From NCBI GenBank assembly GCA_000384615.1, contig ARQU01000003.1:104751-168750 (forward strand): a stretch of DNA of 64,000 nt, read 5' to 3'. How positions within the stretch are numbered: position 1 is the stretch's first letter; each line of letters opens with the position of its first letter. A program made the position numbers and the translations under genes. This DNA is from an alpha proteobacterium SCGC AAA536-G10. Lineage in GTDB: Bacteria; Pseudomonadota; Alphaproteobacteria; Puniceispirillales; Marisalimonadaceae. The notes beneath the pieces were generated by a model. The model saw only the letters and a program-made list of their open reading frames with translations. It was not told the DNA's origin and did not search any database. Shown piece by piece: positions 39,908 to 49,041 of this stretch.

Positions 39908-39956
39908 CAAAAAAATCGATGCCTAATTTTTAAATTTAATTAAAAAGGAGGGCATT

Positions 39957-40166
39957 ATGGCTCTATTTGAAAATAAAACATACGCAAATGGAAAAGAAAT
40001 TCTTAAATTTTTTGGAGTTACTTCGGAAACAATAAAAGATTGGATGAAGAATAAAGATTTTCCAAAACCTATTACACCAACATCTAAAACAAGATTGTGG
40101 AGATGTTCAGAAATAGAAGATTGGCTTATGGAAATGGAAATAAGACGTGATGATGGAGACCTATAA
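39957..40166 (+). CDS. alpA: AlpA-family helix-turn-helix regulator / excisionase
   Basis: 69 aa with the characteristic ...FPKPI.......W..SEIEDWL... pattern. A strong SD AAGGAGGG precedes it, and its stop overlaps the primase ATG (TAATG). Confidence 0.8.
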   Translation: MALFENKTYANGKEILKFFGVTSETIKDWMKNKDFPKPITPTSKTRLWRCSEIEDWLMEMEIRRDDGDL

Positions 40167-42436
40167 TGCTATCTTTACAGTCTTATGGAAATGCAGCTTT
40201 GAAGTTGTATGAAAATGGTTATATCCCAATTCCAATTAAGCCATTAACAAAAAGACCAATTATTTCTGATTGGCCAAATATTAAGAACGATTATAACCAA
40301 ATTGAAAATCTATCTTCAAAATACCCACATGCAGGTGTGGGTGTTCTATTAAATGATTTAATTGCATTTGATATAGATATTCTAGATGAAACATTATGCC
40401 TCTTGGTAAAAAAAATAATAACTAATGAACTTGGGGATACTATTGAAAGGATTGGCAAATTCCCAAAGAGAGCTCTTTTTTATAGAAGAGTTGGTAAGGA
40501 ATTTAGGAAACAATCCTCTAAGATTTTCAACCTTACAAAGGGTAAAGCTCAATTAGAAATTTTAGCAACTGGCAATCAGTGTATTGCTTTTGGGACACAT
40601 CCAGAAACAAAGCAACCTTATCAATGGATTGAAGACAGTCTCTTAGACATTCACATCCAAGATCTTCCTAGCGTAAATATCAAACAAGTAAAAAATATTA
40701 TTACCCAAACTGAAATACTTTTACGTAATCAGATTGAACCTAAAGAAGAAGTTAGACCAACTATAAAGACAATAATATATGAAACCAAAAAGGAAGAGAG
40801 TTTTAAGGATAAATCCTTAATACGGGGTGCTATAAAACACATAGATCCAGAAGATTATTATACTTGGATAAAGATAGGTTTCGCACTTAAAAAGTATTTT
40901 AAAGATGAAGGCTTTGAAATTTTTGATACTTGGTCAAAATATAAAATAGATGGCTCTCCATGCCCTAATTACTATAATAAAGACTTTAATAGAGAGAAAT
41001 GGAAGTCATTTAATCCAGAAAAAATAGATAAAAGAAACATATTCAAACTTGCAATACAAAATGGCTGGCAAGGAGGTAGTATTTTTGAAATTGAAAGTAA
41101 TACACACACCTCAGTAGCAAAATATCTAAAAAAGCAATTTGAATTAGACGGCCCAATACCAGTCTACGATGAGGGAGAACTTTGGAAATATAATGGTTTG
41201 TGTTGGAAGCTTGTCCCTGATAGTGACTTAAGACAGTTAGTCCATGAACTTGATCAAAAGAAAACCAAATCAGGTAAGTTGATCCATGTAAGCAAACAGT
41301 TTATAGATGGCTGCCTTCATGAATTAATGTCAATGTGTTCGGAGCCAAATTTTTTTGAAGATCAACCAATGGGAGTAAACTGTAAGAACGGTTTTTTGGA
41401 GATATCTTTCGATAAAAAACCACGGTTGTTGGATCACGATCCAAATCATAAGCAAAGATTTATCTTTGATGCCAAATGGGATGATGAAGATTTTATATTT
41501 TCTGGATATTTGAAGAAATTAATAAACGGTTGTTTTTTTGGTTTAGATGAAATTGTCAAAGGTCAATTGATTAGGCTCATTCAACAAATCTTAGGAGTAA
41601 GTATTACTGGAATTGCAACTAAACTTTCTACACCAATGTGTTTTGTCCTATATGGTCCTTCTGCAACTAATGGTAAATCTCAGATCTTAGAATTAGTACG
41701 GTCTCTTTTACCGAAAGATGCTTGTTCATCCATACCTCCTGCTGATTTAGGTAAAGAACAATATTTAATAGAATTAGTTGGTAAAATGGCTAATTTATCT
41801 GATGAGTTATCAGGTGCTAATGCAATACGTTCAGATAAACTTAAAGCAGTTGTAACGGGCGATACTGTAACGGGTAAAAGGGTTTATAAACCAGTATGTT
41901 TATTTAAACCAAATGCTATTCATATATTTGCAACAAATGTTCTTCCTAATTTTAAGGGAGGAGTAGATGAAGGAATTAATAGAAGGGTTAAAGTTATACC
42001 ATTTGATCGATCTATTCCCGTGAATGAGAGAGTACCAAGAATTGCTGAAAAAATTATTTTAAATGAAAAAGATCAATTATTTAAGTTCGCTGTAAAAGGG
42101 GCATTGGATGTTATCGAAAATGATGGCTTTATTATCCCAGATACAGTTGAATTGTCTACAGCTCAATGGTTTGAAGATTCAGACTCAATATTGTATTGGT
42201 TTAAGGAAAATCACCTTCTTGATTTATTGGACAAAAGTAAAAGTAAAAAGGTAGGCATTACAGAGGCATATTCAAAATTTAAAGCACACATGGAGGAAAT
42301 GGGAGAAGGACAATATGTTCCGACTAGAAACAGATTTGCTCAAAGAATTAGGCAATTGGTCAGAGATGATGTTGATCTTGAAATGGGTAGGGACAAATAT
42401 TCTAACTACATAAGATATAAGCAATTGGTGTATTAG
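40166..42436 (+). CDS. Bifunctional primase-polymerase / P4-D5-type SF3 helicase (phage/plasmid primase, P4 family)
   Basis: N-terminal Prim-Pol (YENGYIPIPIKPLTKRPI..W, IAFDIDI acidic motif, HPETKQPYQW) and a PriCT-2-like region (YYTWIKIGFALKKYF...FDTWS). The C-terminal P4-family helicase has Walker A GPSATNGKS, Walker B NLSDE and the INRRVKVIPF tail. Confidence 0.9.
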   Translation: MLSLQSYGNAALKLYENGYIPIPIKPLTKRPIISDWPNIKNDYNQIENLSSKYPHAGVGVLLNDLIAFDIDILDETLCLLVKKIITNELGDTIERIGKFPKRALFYRRVGKEFRKQSSKIFNLTKGKAQLEILATGNQCIAFGTHPETKQPYQWIEDSLLDIHIQDLPSVNIKQVKNIITQTEILLRNQIEPKEEVRPTIKTIIYETKKEESFKDKSLIRGAIKHIDPEDYYTWIKIGFALKKYFKDEGFEIFDTWSKYKIDGSPCPNYYNKDFNREKWKSFNPEKIDKRNIFKLAIQNGWQGGSIFEIESNTHTSVAKYLKKQFELDGPIPVYDEGELWKYNGLCWKLVPDSDLRQLVHELDQKKTKSGKLIHVSKQFIDGCLHELMSMCSEPNFFEDQPMGVNCKNGFLEISFDKKPRLLDHDPNHKQRFIFDAKWDDEDFIFSGYLKKLINGCFFGLDEIVKGQLIRLIQQILGVSITGIATKLSTPMCFVLYGPSATNGKSQILELVRSLLPKDACSSIPPADLGKEQYLIELVGKMANLSDELSGANAIRSDKLKAVVTGDTVTGKRVYKPVCLFKPNAIHIFATNVLPNFKGGVDEGINRRVKVIPFDRSIPVNERVPRIAEKIILNEKDQLFKFAVKGALDVIENDGFIIPDTVELSTAQWFEDSDSILYWFKENHLLDLLDKSKSKKVGITEAYSKFKAHMEEMGEGQYVPTRNRFAQRIRQLVRDDVDLEMGRDKYSNYIRYKQLVY

Positions 42437-42526
42437 TGTATATATTTATCTGATAATTTTTTAATAAGAATAAAACTTGAAAAACTTTTGAGAAAATAAC
42501 CTACACTCCTACACCTGTGTTGCAAT

Positions 42527-42904
42527 TTATTTAATCCAATCTTTACGCCAATTCTTTTCTAAATGACCATGGTCCACGAACCAAGCTTCTAGCTCTTTTA
42601 ATTCACGTCGAATTATTCGTCCTTGCTCTGCTCTGGCTTTAGCTTTTGCTCGTTCTAATTTTGTAAATCTACCATGTTTAGTTTTTGAATCTGCTAATCT
42701 TTTCAAACCTTCCTTGGTCCTTGGGCCTGTGCTCGCACCTCCATGAAGTCTGCAACGACCGACAGGCAGTTTAGCTGGACGTTGACATGGTGTACCTTTT
42801 CGAGTTTTTGCTTCACATCTTTTGCCTTGCCAATTAGGCCCAAAACGCCAAGGTATACCTTTTAAAAGGTTTCTTTTTGTTATCTTGTCAATACCACCAA
42901 TCAT
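42527..42904 (-). CDS. HGGxSTG-domain protein (mobile-element associated, function unknown)
   Basis: 125 aa with CEAKTRKGTPCQRPA...GRCRLHGGASTGPRTKEG, the HGGxSTG signature, followed by a basic helical tail. Confidence 0.75.
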   Translation of the reverse strand: MIGGIDKITKRNLLKGIPWRFGPNWQGKRCEAKTRKGTPCQRPAKLPVGRCRLHGGASTGPRTKEGLKRLADSKTKHGRFTKLERAKAKARAEQGRIIRRELKELEAWFVDHGHLEKNWRKDWIK

Positions 42905-43142
42905 AGGGTTTTATTATACCACAAATTAATATGCTTATCAGCCGGGTGTTTACTTGAAACTAATGCTCATGGTCGGTGAATAATGATCAATCTCATATAA
43001 TTAGACATCAATACAACAAAAATTTTCTTTGGAGGATATGTCAGATAGTTATACATAGAAAAAATACTACTATTAACCCATCCTTACCTTAAAAGATTTA
43101 ATTGTATTTTAAGTAATTAAGTTTTTAATAATTTTTTAAATC

Positions 43143-44063
43143 TCAGGTGCCAACAGCTACCAGACCCAGAACCAACCGCTTCTTTCTAATCCTGTTCTCA
43201 CGCTTAACCGGAGAGTATAAAAACGATCTCATTGAATTTTTATTCACTTTAGTGGATTCAAGTTCTGGCTGCTTATTAAAGGGAAATGAGTATGTAAGAA
43301 TACCCTTGGTGACACTGCTTGTTCTATTTGAATCGTCAGTCGCAACGTTTAAAGTAAGCCTTTCGCTCAAAGTTAGATTAACTCCTGCCTCTGTACCTCT
43401 CTCTTTAAAACCTGCGCCATCAGACCAATTATACCCCCTGGCATATATTTCTGGGTTATAAGCAAAATCAGACTTAAAACTAATGGTATAGTCAAATCCA
43501 TCTAGAGCTGTCTCAGAAATACCTTCGTAAATACGAGTGTCAGTTAGAGCCCTGTAATAGTTAGCTCTTAAACCCACACCGTTACTTAGGGTCTCCGCGC
43601 CAAGCCCCCAACGCTTATGTCCTGAGCTGAACTCATTATCTAAAAATAAATTTGCGCCATAAAGCCAAGTCTCATTATCAGACAAAGTCCTGTAGCCAAG
43701 ACCGATATTCGCAGTGTTCCTTCCATCAACCCTTGATATACTTATTTGGTTAAAAACGGCATCGCTTTCCCCTTCATTAAGCTTGATAACAGCAGTAGCC
43801 TCGCCGCCTGTTTTGTTATCATTATTAAAAACAGAAACGGAAATGTGTTTAAGATTTTCTCCTGTAGCTTTTTCACTCATAGCTGTAGCTAAAGCGTTCA
43901 ATTTTGACACAGCAGCATCAACCAAGGACCCTTTAAGCTTTTTAGTATTAGACGACTGAGCATTTAGAGCATTAATTGGCAAAGTTACGGTAAAAACAAA
44001 CGTCAATAAAACGATGACTTTGTGTATAAAAACAGATTGGCTTTTTCCCATTTTATTCTCCAT
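43143..44063 (-). CDS. Inverse-autotransporter (intimin/invasin-type) beta-barrel domain protein without a passenger
   Basis: Signal peptide (…LPINALNA-QSS). The block VDGRNTANIGLGYR...LYGANLFLDNEFSSGHKRWGLGAE...LRANYY...ALDGFDY...YNPEIYARGY...VNLTLSERLTLNV...LTYSFPF...RSFLYSPVKRENRI aligns by eye with the intimin barrel (ANLGAGQRF..LGYNVFIDQDFSGNNTRLGIGGEY..INGYFR..PANGFDI..YPALGAKLMY..VNYTPIPLVT..RYDLVQRNNNI). The protein ends about 12 aa after the pore-linker motif. Confidence 0.75.
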   Translation of the reverse strand: MENKMGKSQSVFIHKVIVLLTFVFTVTLPINALNAQSSNTKKLKGSLVDAAVSKLNALATAMSEKATGENLKHISVSVFNNDNKTGGEATAVIKLNEGESDAVFNQISISRVDGRNTANIGLGYRTLSDNETWLYGANLFLDNEFSSGHKRWGLGAETLSNGVGLRANYYRALTDTRIYEGISETALDGFDYTISFKSDFAYNPEIYARGYNWSDGAGFKERGTEAGVNLTLSERLTLNVATDDSNRTSSVTKGILTYSFPFNKQPELESTKVNKNSMRSFLYSPVKRENRIRKKRLVLGLVAVGT

Positions 44064-44941
44064 TATTCCGCCTCCACCAAAAACTCAAATCCTCGCTGCA
44101 TAATCCCTGTGACACATCTATCACCGCCACCAACACCACAAGATGCGTGACCATTACTTTTCTGTCGAATTTTACCATTACCTGTTAGAGCAAAACTCAT
44201 TTTGATACGAGAGGTTGTATTGCTTATTATAGGTTGGTAACCAGTCTTAAAAGCCGAGATTCCAAGGAGATAGCGGGTGTCGTTATCTGAAGTTGATTGC
44301 GTGGTTTCCGCACTCAGCGCATATGAGTTATTTACTGCAAAAGTTTTATCATCTGCAGCACGCTCATAATTTGTTGCTCCAGCGTTTGAGGTCCATCTAT
44401 CCTTATCAGAAACCATATAACCAGGATTTGCATTGGCTGCTAAACCACAATCTATTGGTAAATTGGCAAACCCGTTTGCTTCATCAAAACTCTCACCTTC
44501 GAGCGTCCAACAAGTTGTCCCAGCTGTGTCAGATTTGCCACGCCTGTTTGTACTAAATGTGATTACGCCCTTTGAGTATAGTTTGTTTTCAACAAGAAGC
44601 ACGGAGTGCGTATATGTCCCTAACGGTAAAGAAAGATCAACGTTTGGGGCAACTGCGGCTTCACCGCCAAGTTCTACGCGCACTTGACTAGCGACGGCAG
44701 AATAAAACAACTGTTCACACACGGTTTGGTAGTTACTAACTGTTGGTGTTTGCTGGCATAGCCAGACACCGTGTAGGTTTAGGCCCATTGCCTGAGCATC
44801 GTTTTCACACTGGTTACTTGTATCCGTAACCACTCCCGAGCTCACAGTACAGTCAGCAGATTTAGCGGAGCCAACTAACCAAGATTGAGACATAAATAAA
44901 AAAAAGGTCACTATAAACAAATACTTCATATTATACCTCAT
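44063..44941 (-). CDS. Secreted Cys-rich protein of unknown function, translationally coupled to the barrel gene
   Basis: 292 aa with an N-terminal signal peptide (alternative start MKYLF at 44929), 8 Cys, and a Thr/Ser/Asn/Gly-rich beta-type composition. Its stop TAA overlaps the barrel ATG (TAATG at 44061-44065). G+C is high relative to the host (28/60 at 44101-44160). Confidence 0.7.
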   Translation of the reverse strand: MRYNMKYLFIVTFFLFMSQSWLVGSAKSADCTVSSGVVTDTSNQCENDAQAMGLNLHGVWLCQQTPTVSNYQTVCEQLFYSAVASQVRVELGGEAAVAPNVDLSLPLGTYTHSVLLVENKLYSKGVITFSTNRRGKSDTAGTTCWTLEGESFDEANGFANLPIDCGLAANANPGYMVSDKDRWTSNAGATNYERAADDKTFAVNNSYALSAETTQSTSDNDTRYLLGISAFKTGYQPIISNTTSRIKMSFALTGNGKIRQKSNGHASCGVGGGDRCVTGIMQRGFEFLVEAE

Positions 44942-45069
44942 AATTTATACTTAACCTGTTAACGGTATCAATTTAATACACATTTAATTTAAGGCAAGAG
45001 AAATAATCGTAATTTATAAAAAAATTAGTTTTATTAATTTTGATCTAATTTAATTAAAATTATTTTGTA

Positions 45070-46449
45070 TTAATTTATACATTTTGGTTCAAATCCAAAA
45101 TTTCTATCTACAAAATAAGCTGATTTTTTTGATTTCCACATTCCATCATTTGCAACTATGATATGATCTTTGTTTGTGTAGTTCTCAATTAACCAGTCTA
45201 ATGATATAGCCATTTGGTGAGTGTGATATGCGGCATGAGCTTTATCTTTTGTATGATTCCTCATTCCTGATGGATCTTTACGTTTTCTGTATGTTTTAAC
45301 GTCTGTAAGACCTAAGTTAAGTATATCCACAGTTTTATCAATTCTTTGCTTCAATTCTTTTGGAAACTGCTTATAACCCCATAGTTCAGCTATAGCATAT
45401 AGTCCTAGCAAATTGTTTACACCTTGTGAGTGATACCATACATCTCTAACACCTCTGAAACTATTGTTATGAATATATCCGTCCCTGTAAACAACCTTAT
45501 CAGCTTTAGCAATTCCTTTTTGAATCCATCTTGCTACTTGCTCTGGTTTGTTTTTCCAAGCTAAATATGATAAAATACCAATAGTTCCGTCAGCCAATTG
45601 AATAAAACCTCTGGTATGCTTATCTAGCTTCATAGCCTTAATAGCTAACGGTTTGACATATTTTCTGTATAAAGTATCAATATACTCGTCAACAATTTTA
45701 AATTGTTCTTTGGTAAATTGATCTTTCATCAAATATGCTTGTTGCATATAAGTGGCTCCGTATATTTGAGCTTCATGTGGTCTATGCGAGATGCAAGGTT
45801 TAGTACCGTCACCTGTACCATTTCCGTAACATAGTCTATCAACTTTGCCTTGATCTTTTAATTTGCTAATTTCTTTAGAAGTTAATGTATTTAACATGAC
45901 ACTTGCTTCTGCCCAGGCTACCATAACTTCAGCAATAAGTGGACCATGCTCGTCCATTTTGTTATTCACTATTGAATAAACAATAGTTCCATGCAGTAAT
46001 GCTAGTCTATTAGAATGTTTTTCGTGATTAACATATATACTATTTGATCTTAGTTCATGATCCTTGTTCCAATCATACTCAGTAAGTTGCATTAGGTGAT
46101 CATAGTTATTTCCTTGAAGGTCAGGATTTTTTGACTTGCTCACGTGTGTTATAGCAAGATCCATCTCCCAATATGCTTTACCCCAACTTCCATGACCATG
46201 CACACCTTCTAGTGAGCAAGTTTTTTTTGTAAGTTTGTTTGCGAAGAAATATTTTGGAATAACAATATCATTCTTTGGCATTGACGAGATTACTTTTACC
46301 GTTGTTTGGCAACCTATCAATTTTAGTATAATCAGTATAAAAAGAATACCTTTGAAAAAAGATAACCAATATATACCGTAATGAGACATATGCACTTTTT
46401 TCCTAAAAGCTTCACAATAAGACATATGCCATTTGATAATCTGATCCAT
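45070..46449 (-). CDS. Predicted lipoprotein, unknown function; weak resemblance to alginate-lyase/heparinase-type polysaccharide lyases
   Basis: A lipobox-like LKLIGC follows a hydrophobic segment (probable start MSHYG at 46389). The helix-rich body has an FRGVRDVWYHSQGV segment reminiscent of the R...YH catalytic segment of PL5-type lyases. The functional call is speculative. Confidence 0.55.
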   Translation of the reverse strand: MDQIIKWHMSYCEAFRKKVHMSHYGIYWLSFFKGILFILIILKLIGCQTTVKVISSMPKNDIVIPKYFFANKLTKKTCSLEGVHGHGSWGKAYWEMDLAITHVSKSKNPDLQGNNYDHLMQLTEYDWNKDHELRSNSIYVNHEKHSNRLALLHGTIVYSIVNNKMDEHGPLIAEVMVAWAEASVMLNTLTSKEISKLKDQGKVDRLCYGNGTGDGTKPCISHRPHEAQIYGATYMQQAYLMKDQFTKEQFKIVDEYIDTLYRKYVKPLAIKAMKLDKHTRGFIQLADGTIGILSYLAWKNKPEQVARWIQKGIAKADKVVYRDGYIHNNSFRGVRDVWYHSQGVNNLLGLYAIAELWGYKQFPKELKQRIDKTVDILNLGLTDVKTYRKRKDPSGMRNHTKDKAHAAYHTHQMAISLDWLIENYTNKDHIIVANDGMWKSKKSAYFVDRNFGFEPKCIN

Positions 46450-46574
46450 AATATTTTTCTATTTATCATAACAATTTAACTAAATTATCTTTAATTTCAA
46501 ACAAATTTACCTAACAGTAATCTTACCAACGTAACTACCAACTCCAATCCATGCTCTATCGACTACGGTCAATG

Positions 46575-46667
46575 GGCAGACCACCCCTTGACCATTGTCA
46601 TAAGTTGATTAGGAATAGGGTGCAGTAACCCTTCGTTTAATATATTCCTAGCTCGTCAGGCTCATAA
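46575..46667 (+). repeat. Copy 1 of a ~95-nt imperfect direct repeat (integrase-arm-like blocks + tRNA-fMet-like core)
   Basis: Conserved blocks GGCAGACCACCC (46575-86), TTGATTAGG (46605-13), GGTGCA and TAGCTCGTCAGGCTCATAA (46649-67) recur in the same order and spacing at 52308-52398. Confidence 0.7.
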
Positions 46668-46711
46668 CCTTAAGGTCGTAGGTTCAAATCCTACCCCCCC
46701 CCCCGCAACCA
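46649..46711 (+). pseudogene. 3' two-thirds of an initiator-type tRNA-fMet gene (fragment, with expanded C tract)
   Basis: TAGCTCGTCAGGCTCATAACCTTAAGGTCGTAGGTTCAAATCCTAC-C(11)-GCAACCA matches the D-stem 3' strand, anticodon arm (CAT), T arm and acceptor 3' strand of bacterial initiator tRNA. No 5' acceptor or D-arm precedes it. The acceptor C run is 11 nt (46694-46704) instead of about 5. Confidence 0.75.
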
Positions 46712-46851
46712 ACTTATTTTATAAAATCAATAAGTTATACGCACATCAAGAACTTCGGTTTTTGGGGTTTTTTTGCGTTTTAAGCCTGATAAGGGTTTCA
46801 CCATGCCAACCATCGTGCCAACCAGTCGTCAGGTTTATTCCATTTTAATGA

Positions 46852-47133
46852 TCATAATTCATATTGTTTATACTTCTTAGCATGCTTAATAAGTTCTGCC
46901 TTATATTCTTCAGCAGAATTACAAACTTGTTCAAATTCTAAAAAATATAATTTTTGATTTGATAAAGCAAAGTATCCTTTAACTTGTAACTTCTCCATTT
47001 TTGCATTTTTGTCTTCAATGCCATGTTGAGCATTTAATGTTGATACAATTGAATTAGAATGGTCATCATTCATGTGTTCAATTATTCTATTAGATGCATT
47101 TATAAGCCAATTAGGTACTTTGCTATCATTCAT
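46852..47133 (-). CDS. DUF2470-family protein (HugZ C-terminal-like small domain)
   Basis: 93 aa with IIEHMNDDHSNSIVSTL, which matches the HMN.DH signature of DUF2470. Confidence 0.6.
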   Translation of the reverse strand: MNDSKVPNWLINASNRIIEHMNDDHSNSIVSTLNAQHGIEDKNAKMEKLQVKGYFALSNQKLYFLEFEQVCNSAEEYKAELIKHAKKYKQYEL

Positions 47134-47205
47134 TTAAATATCTCTAATTAATTATTACTTATCTATCATATCACGTATTTAAATAAATTCATTACGATAT
47201 AGCGA

Positions 47206-47598
47206 TCAAATTTTAAACAGAATATCCCAACCAGTAACAAGCACCATTAAGTTTAAAAATGCTATTATAGCAGGGGCGACGTACCCTTCAGCAGATGTCT
47301 TTACGCCATCAACAGAACCCCAATAACTATGGATAGTTTGAAAGCAAACAACAGCGCCAATACATGCTTGCACAAAACCATAGACAAATAGTAGCCAAGC
47401 ACCTTCGATAGAAGTGAATAAAGCAATAGCTAGTGTTACTGAAAAGCCGGCAGCAAAAGTACCAACAAGTCTTGTCATAATTGCACTACCTTCACCGAAG
47501 CCATATTTCTCAATGTACTTGCGTGTTTGGAAAATACATTGATAAGCATAAACCAAATTTCCAAATATTATAATTAGTATGAGTGAAAAAATTAGCAT
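47206..47598 (-). CDS. Integral membrane protein (4 predicted TM helices), unknown function
   Basis: 130 aa, almost entirely hydrophobic helices. No recognisable family. Confidence 0.5.
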   Translation of the reverse strand: MLIFSLILIIIFGNLVYAYQCIFQTRKYIEKYGFGEGSAIMTRLVGTFAAGFSVTLAIALFTSIEGAWLLFVYGFVQACIGAVVCFQTIHSYWGSVDGVKTSAEGYVAPAIIAFLNLMVLVTGWDILFKI

Positions 47599-47874
47599 GT
47601 TAGTTTAGATCTCCAACCCTTTCAATTAGGGGACAGATTTTCCATAAAATTAACACCCATCTAAAGCATAATCACAAAAGAATAACAAAAACTTGGCTGG
47701 GTAAATACTTAATATTAATATAGGCTTATTTAATTATTTGTAAATAAGTTGGTTTCAGTTGTTAAATTGGTTTAAAAGATACATTATATGTGTGAATAAT
47801 GATGGCTAAGGAAAATATCGAACATAAAACAGTAAGTTATTTTTTGATTGAAGTTTACTAAAATACATATTGTT

Positions 47875-49041
47875 CTAAAAAAATATATTTAACGTTAAAG
47901 TGATTGCATCATCATCCGATAGCTGCCCAAATGTAGACGTGGTTGTGCGTGCATTATAAAACTGGCTGGTCAATTTGACACTGGTGACATCATTGATCCG
48001 TCGCGACGCTTCCAAAGAGGCAAAGGACTGATCCGTTTTACGATCCAACGATGCCAAAAATAAAAAATTACTGTCTGCAATGTCATTAAATACAAGCCTT
48101 ACACCCGCAACACCAAATTGATTAGCTGCGGCCTGTGGACGGTCGTCATGTTGAATTTCACCAATCAAGCCAATATCCCATATTGTTTCAAATGCTCCGT
48201 AATAAGTATATTCAATCCCCGCAACAGCCGCCGCAAAATCATGAGCGCCAATTAAGCTGCTTTGGGTGCCATGAAGGCTTTCCCATTTGAGCAATGTAAC
48301 ATCGCCAGTATATTGAGCTTCAAATCCTATTGATTTTTGTAAAGCGTAATGTGGGTTTAATGCGCTTCCATTACTGTTGACAGACAAAATGGGATCACGA
48401 GCGGTACCGTAAAAAACACTTCCTGCTAGATCCCAATCTCCAGCAAAGCTAGACAAGCGTGCCGCAAAGTCATCTGCATCCTTGCCATTCTTACGCGCAT
48501 ATTGTGCAGAACTGACTGGAACTCCACTACTTGGATGCGCGTCACTATCATTAAATGTTTTTTCTCGAAAACGAGAAATATACCAAAGCTGCAGGTTACC
48601 AACATCTAGATAGCGTTCAGCAGATATAGATGGTGCCCCAAGTTTACCTGATTTACCATCATTTGCTGCAGCATCGGACTGATTAATAACATCAACAACA
48701 TTTTTACTTTCTGCCTTACCCCAAAATTCCTGACGATTTCCAACAAAAAAATCAAATCCGGCAAAGGGACTGCGAAAATAAGCCTGTCGAGCTTCAGTGA
48801 TCCGGCGACCACTATCTTTTTTATCCCCACGGAAAATGAATTCACCCACAATTCGACTTTTGTCAAAATCATGAAAGGCATCAATCTTTACTTCCACCGA
48901 GCGTCCTTCTGACGCCGTACCATCAGCATGATCAGGATAAAAATCTAGCCGTGATGAAAGCGTGCCATTAACTTTACCAGCAAAAGCCGGTTGTGTTAAC
49001 AAAAGGACAATAGCAAAGCAACGAGCATAATACGTAATCAT
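47875..49041 (-). CDS. Outer-membrane beta-barrel protein (third gene of the RND/LolA-like operon)
   Basis: Signal peptide (…TQPAFA-GK), alternating beta-strand pattern, C-terminal LTLNIFF with terminal Phe (OMP signature). A 4-nt overlap with the upstream LolA-like gene indicates an operon. Confidence 0.7.
   Translation of the reverse strand: MITYYARCFAIVLLLTQPAFAGKVNGTLSSRLDFYPDHADGTASEGRSVEVKIDAFHDFDKSRIVGEFIFRGDKKDSGRRITEARQAYFRSPFAGFDFFVGNRQEFWGKAESKNVVDVINQSDAAANDGKSGKLGAPSISAERYLDVGNLQLWYISRFREKTFNDSDAHPSSGVPVSSAQYARKNGKDADDFAARLSSFAGDWDLAGSVFYGTARDPILSVNSNGSALNPHYALQKSIGFEAQYTGDVTLLKWESLHGTQSSLIGAHDFAAAVAGIEYTYYGAFETIWDIGLIGEIQHDDRPQAAANQFGVAGVRLVFNDIADSNFLFLASLDRKTDQSFASLEASRRINDVTSVKLTSQFYNARTTTSTFGQLSDDDAITLTLNIFF

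Noticed and set aside
42500-42514. Tandem CCTACAC-N1-CCTACAC between the primase and the HGGxSTG gene, as possible replication iterons.
   Set aside because: There are only two short copies, and no further copies or flanking AT-rich unwinding element are arranged as an origin.
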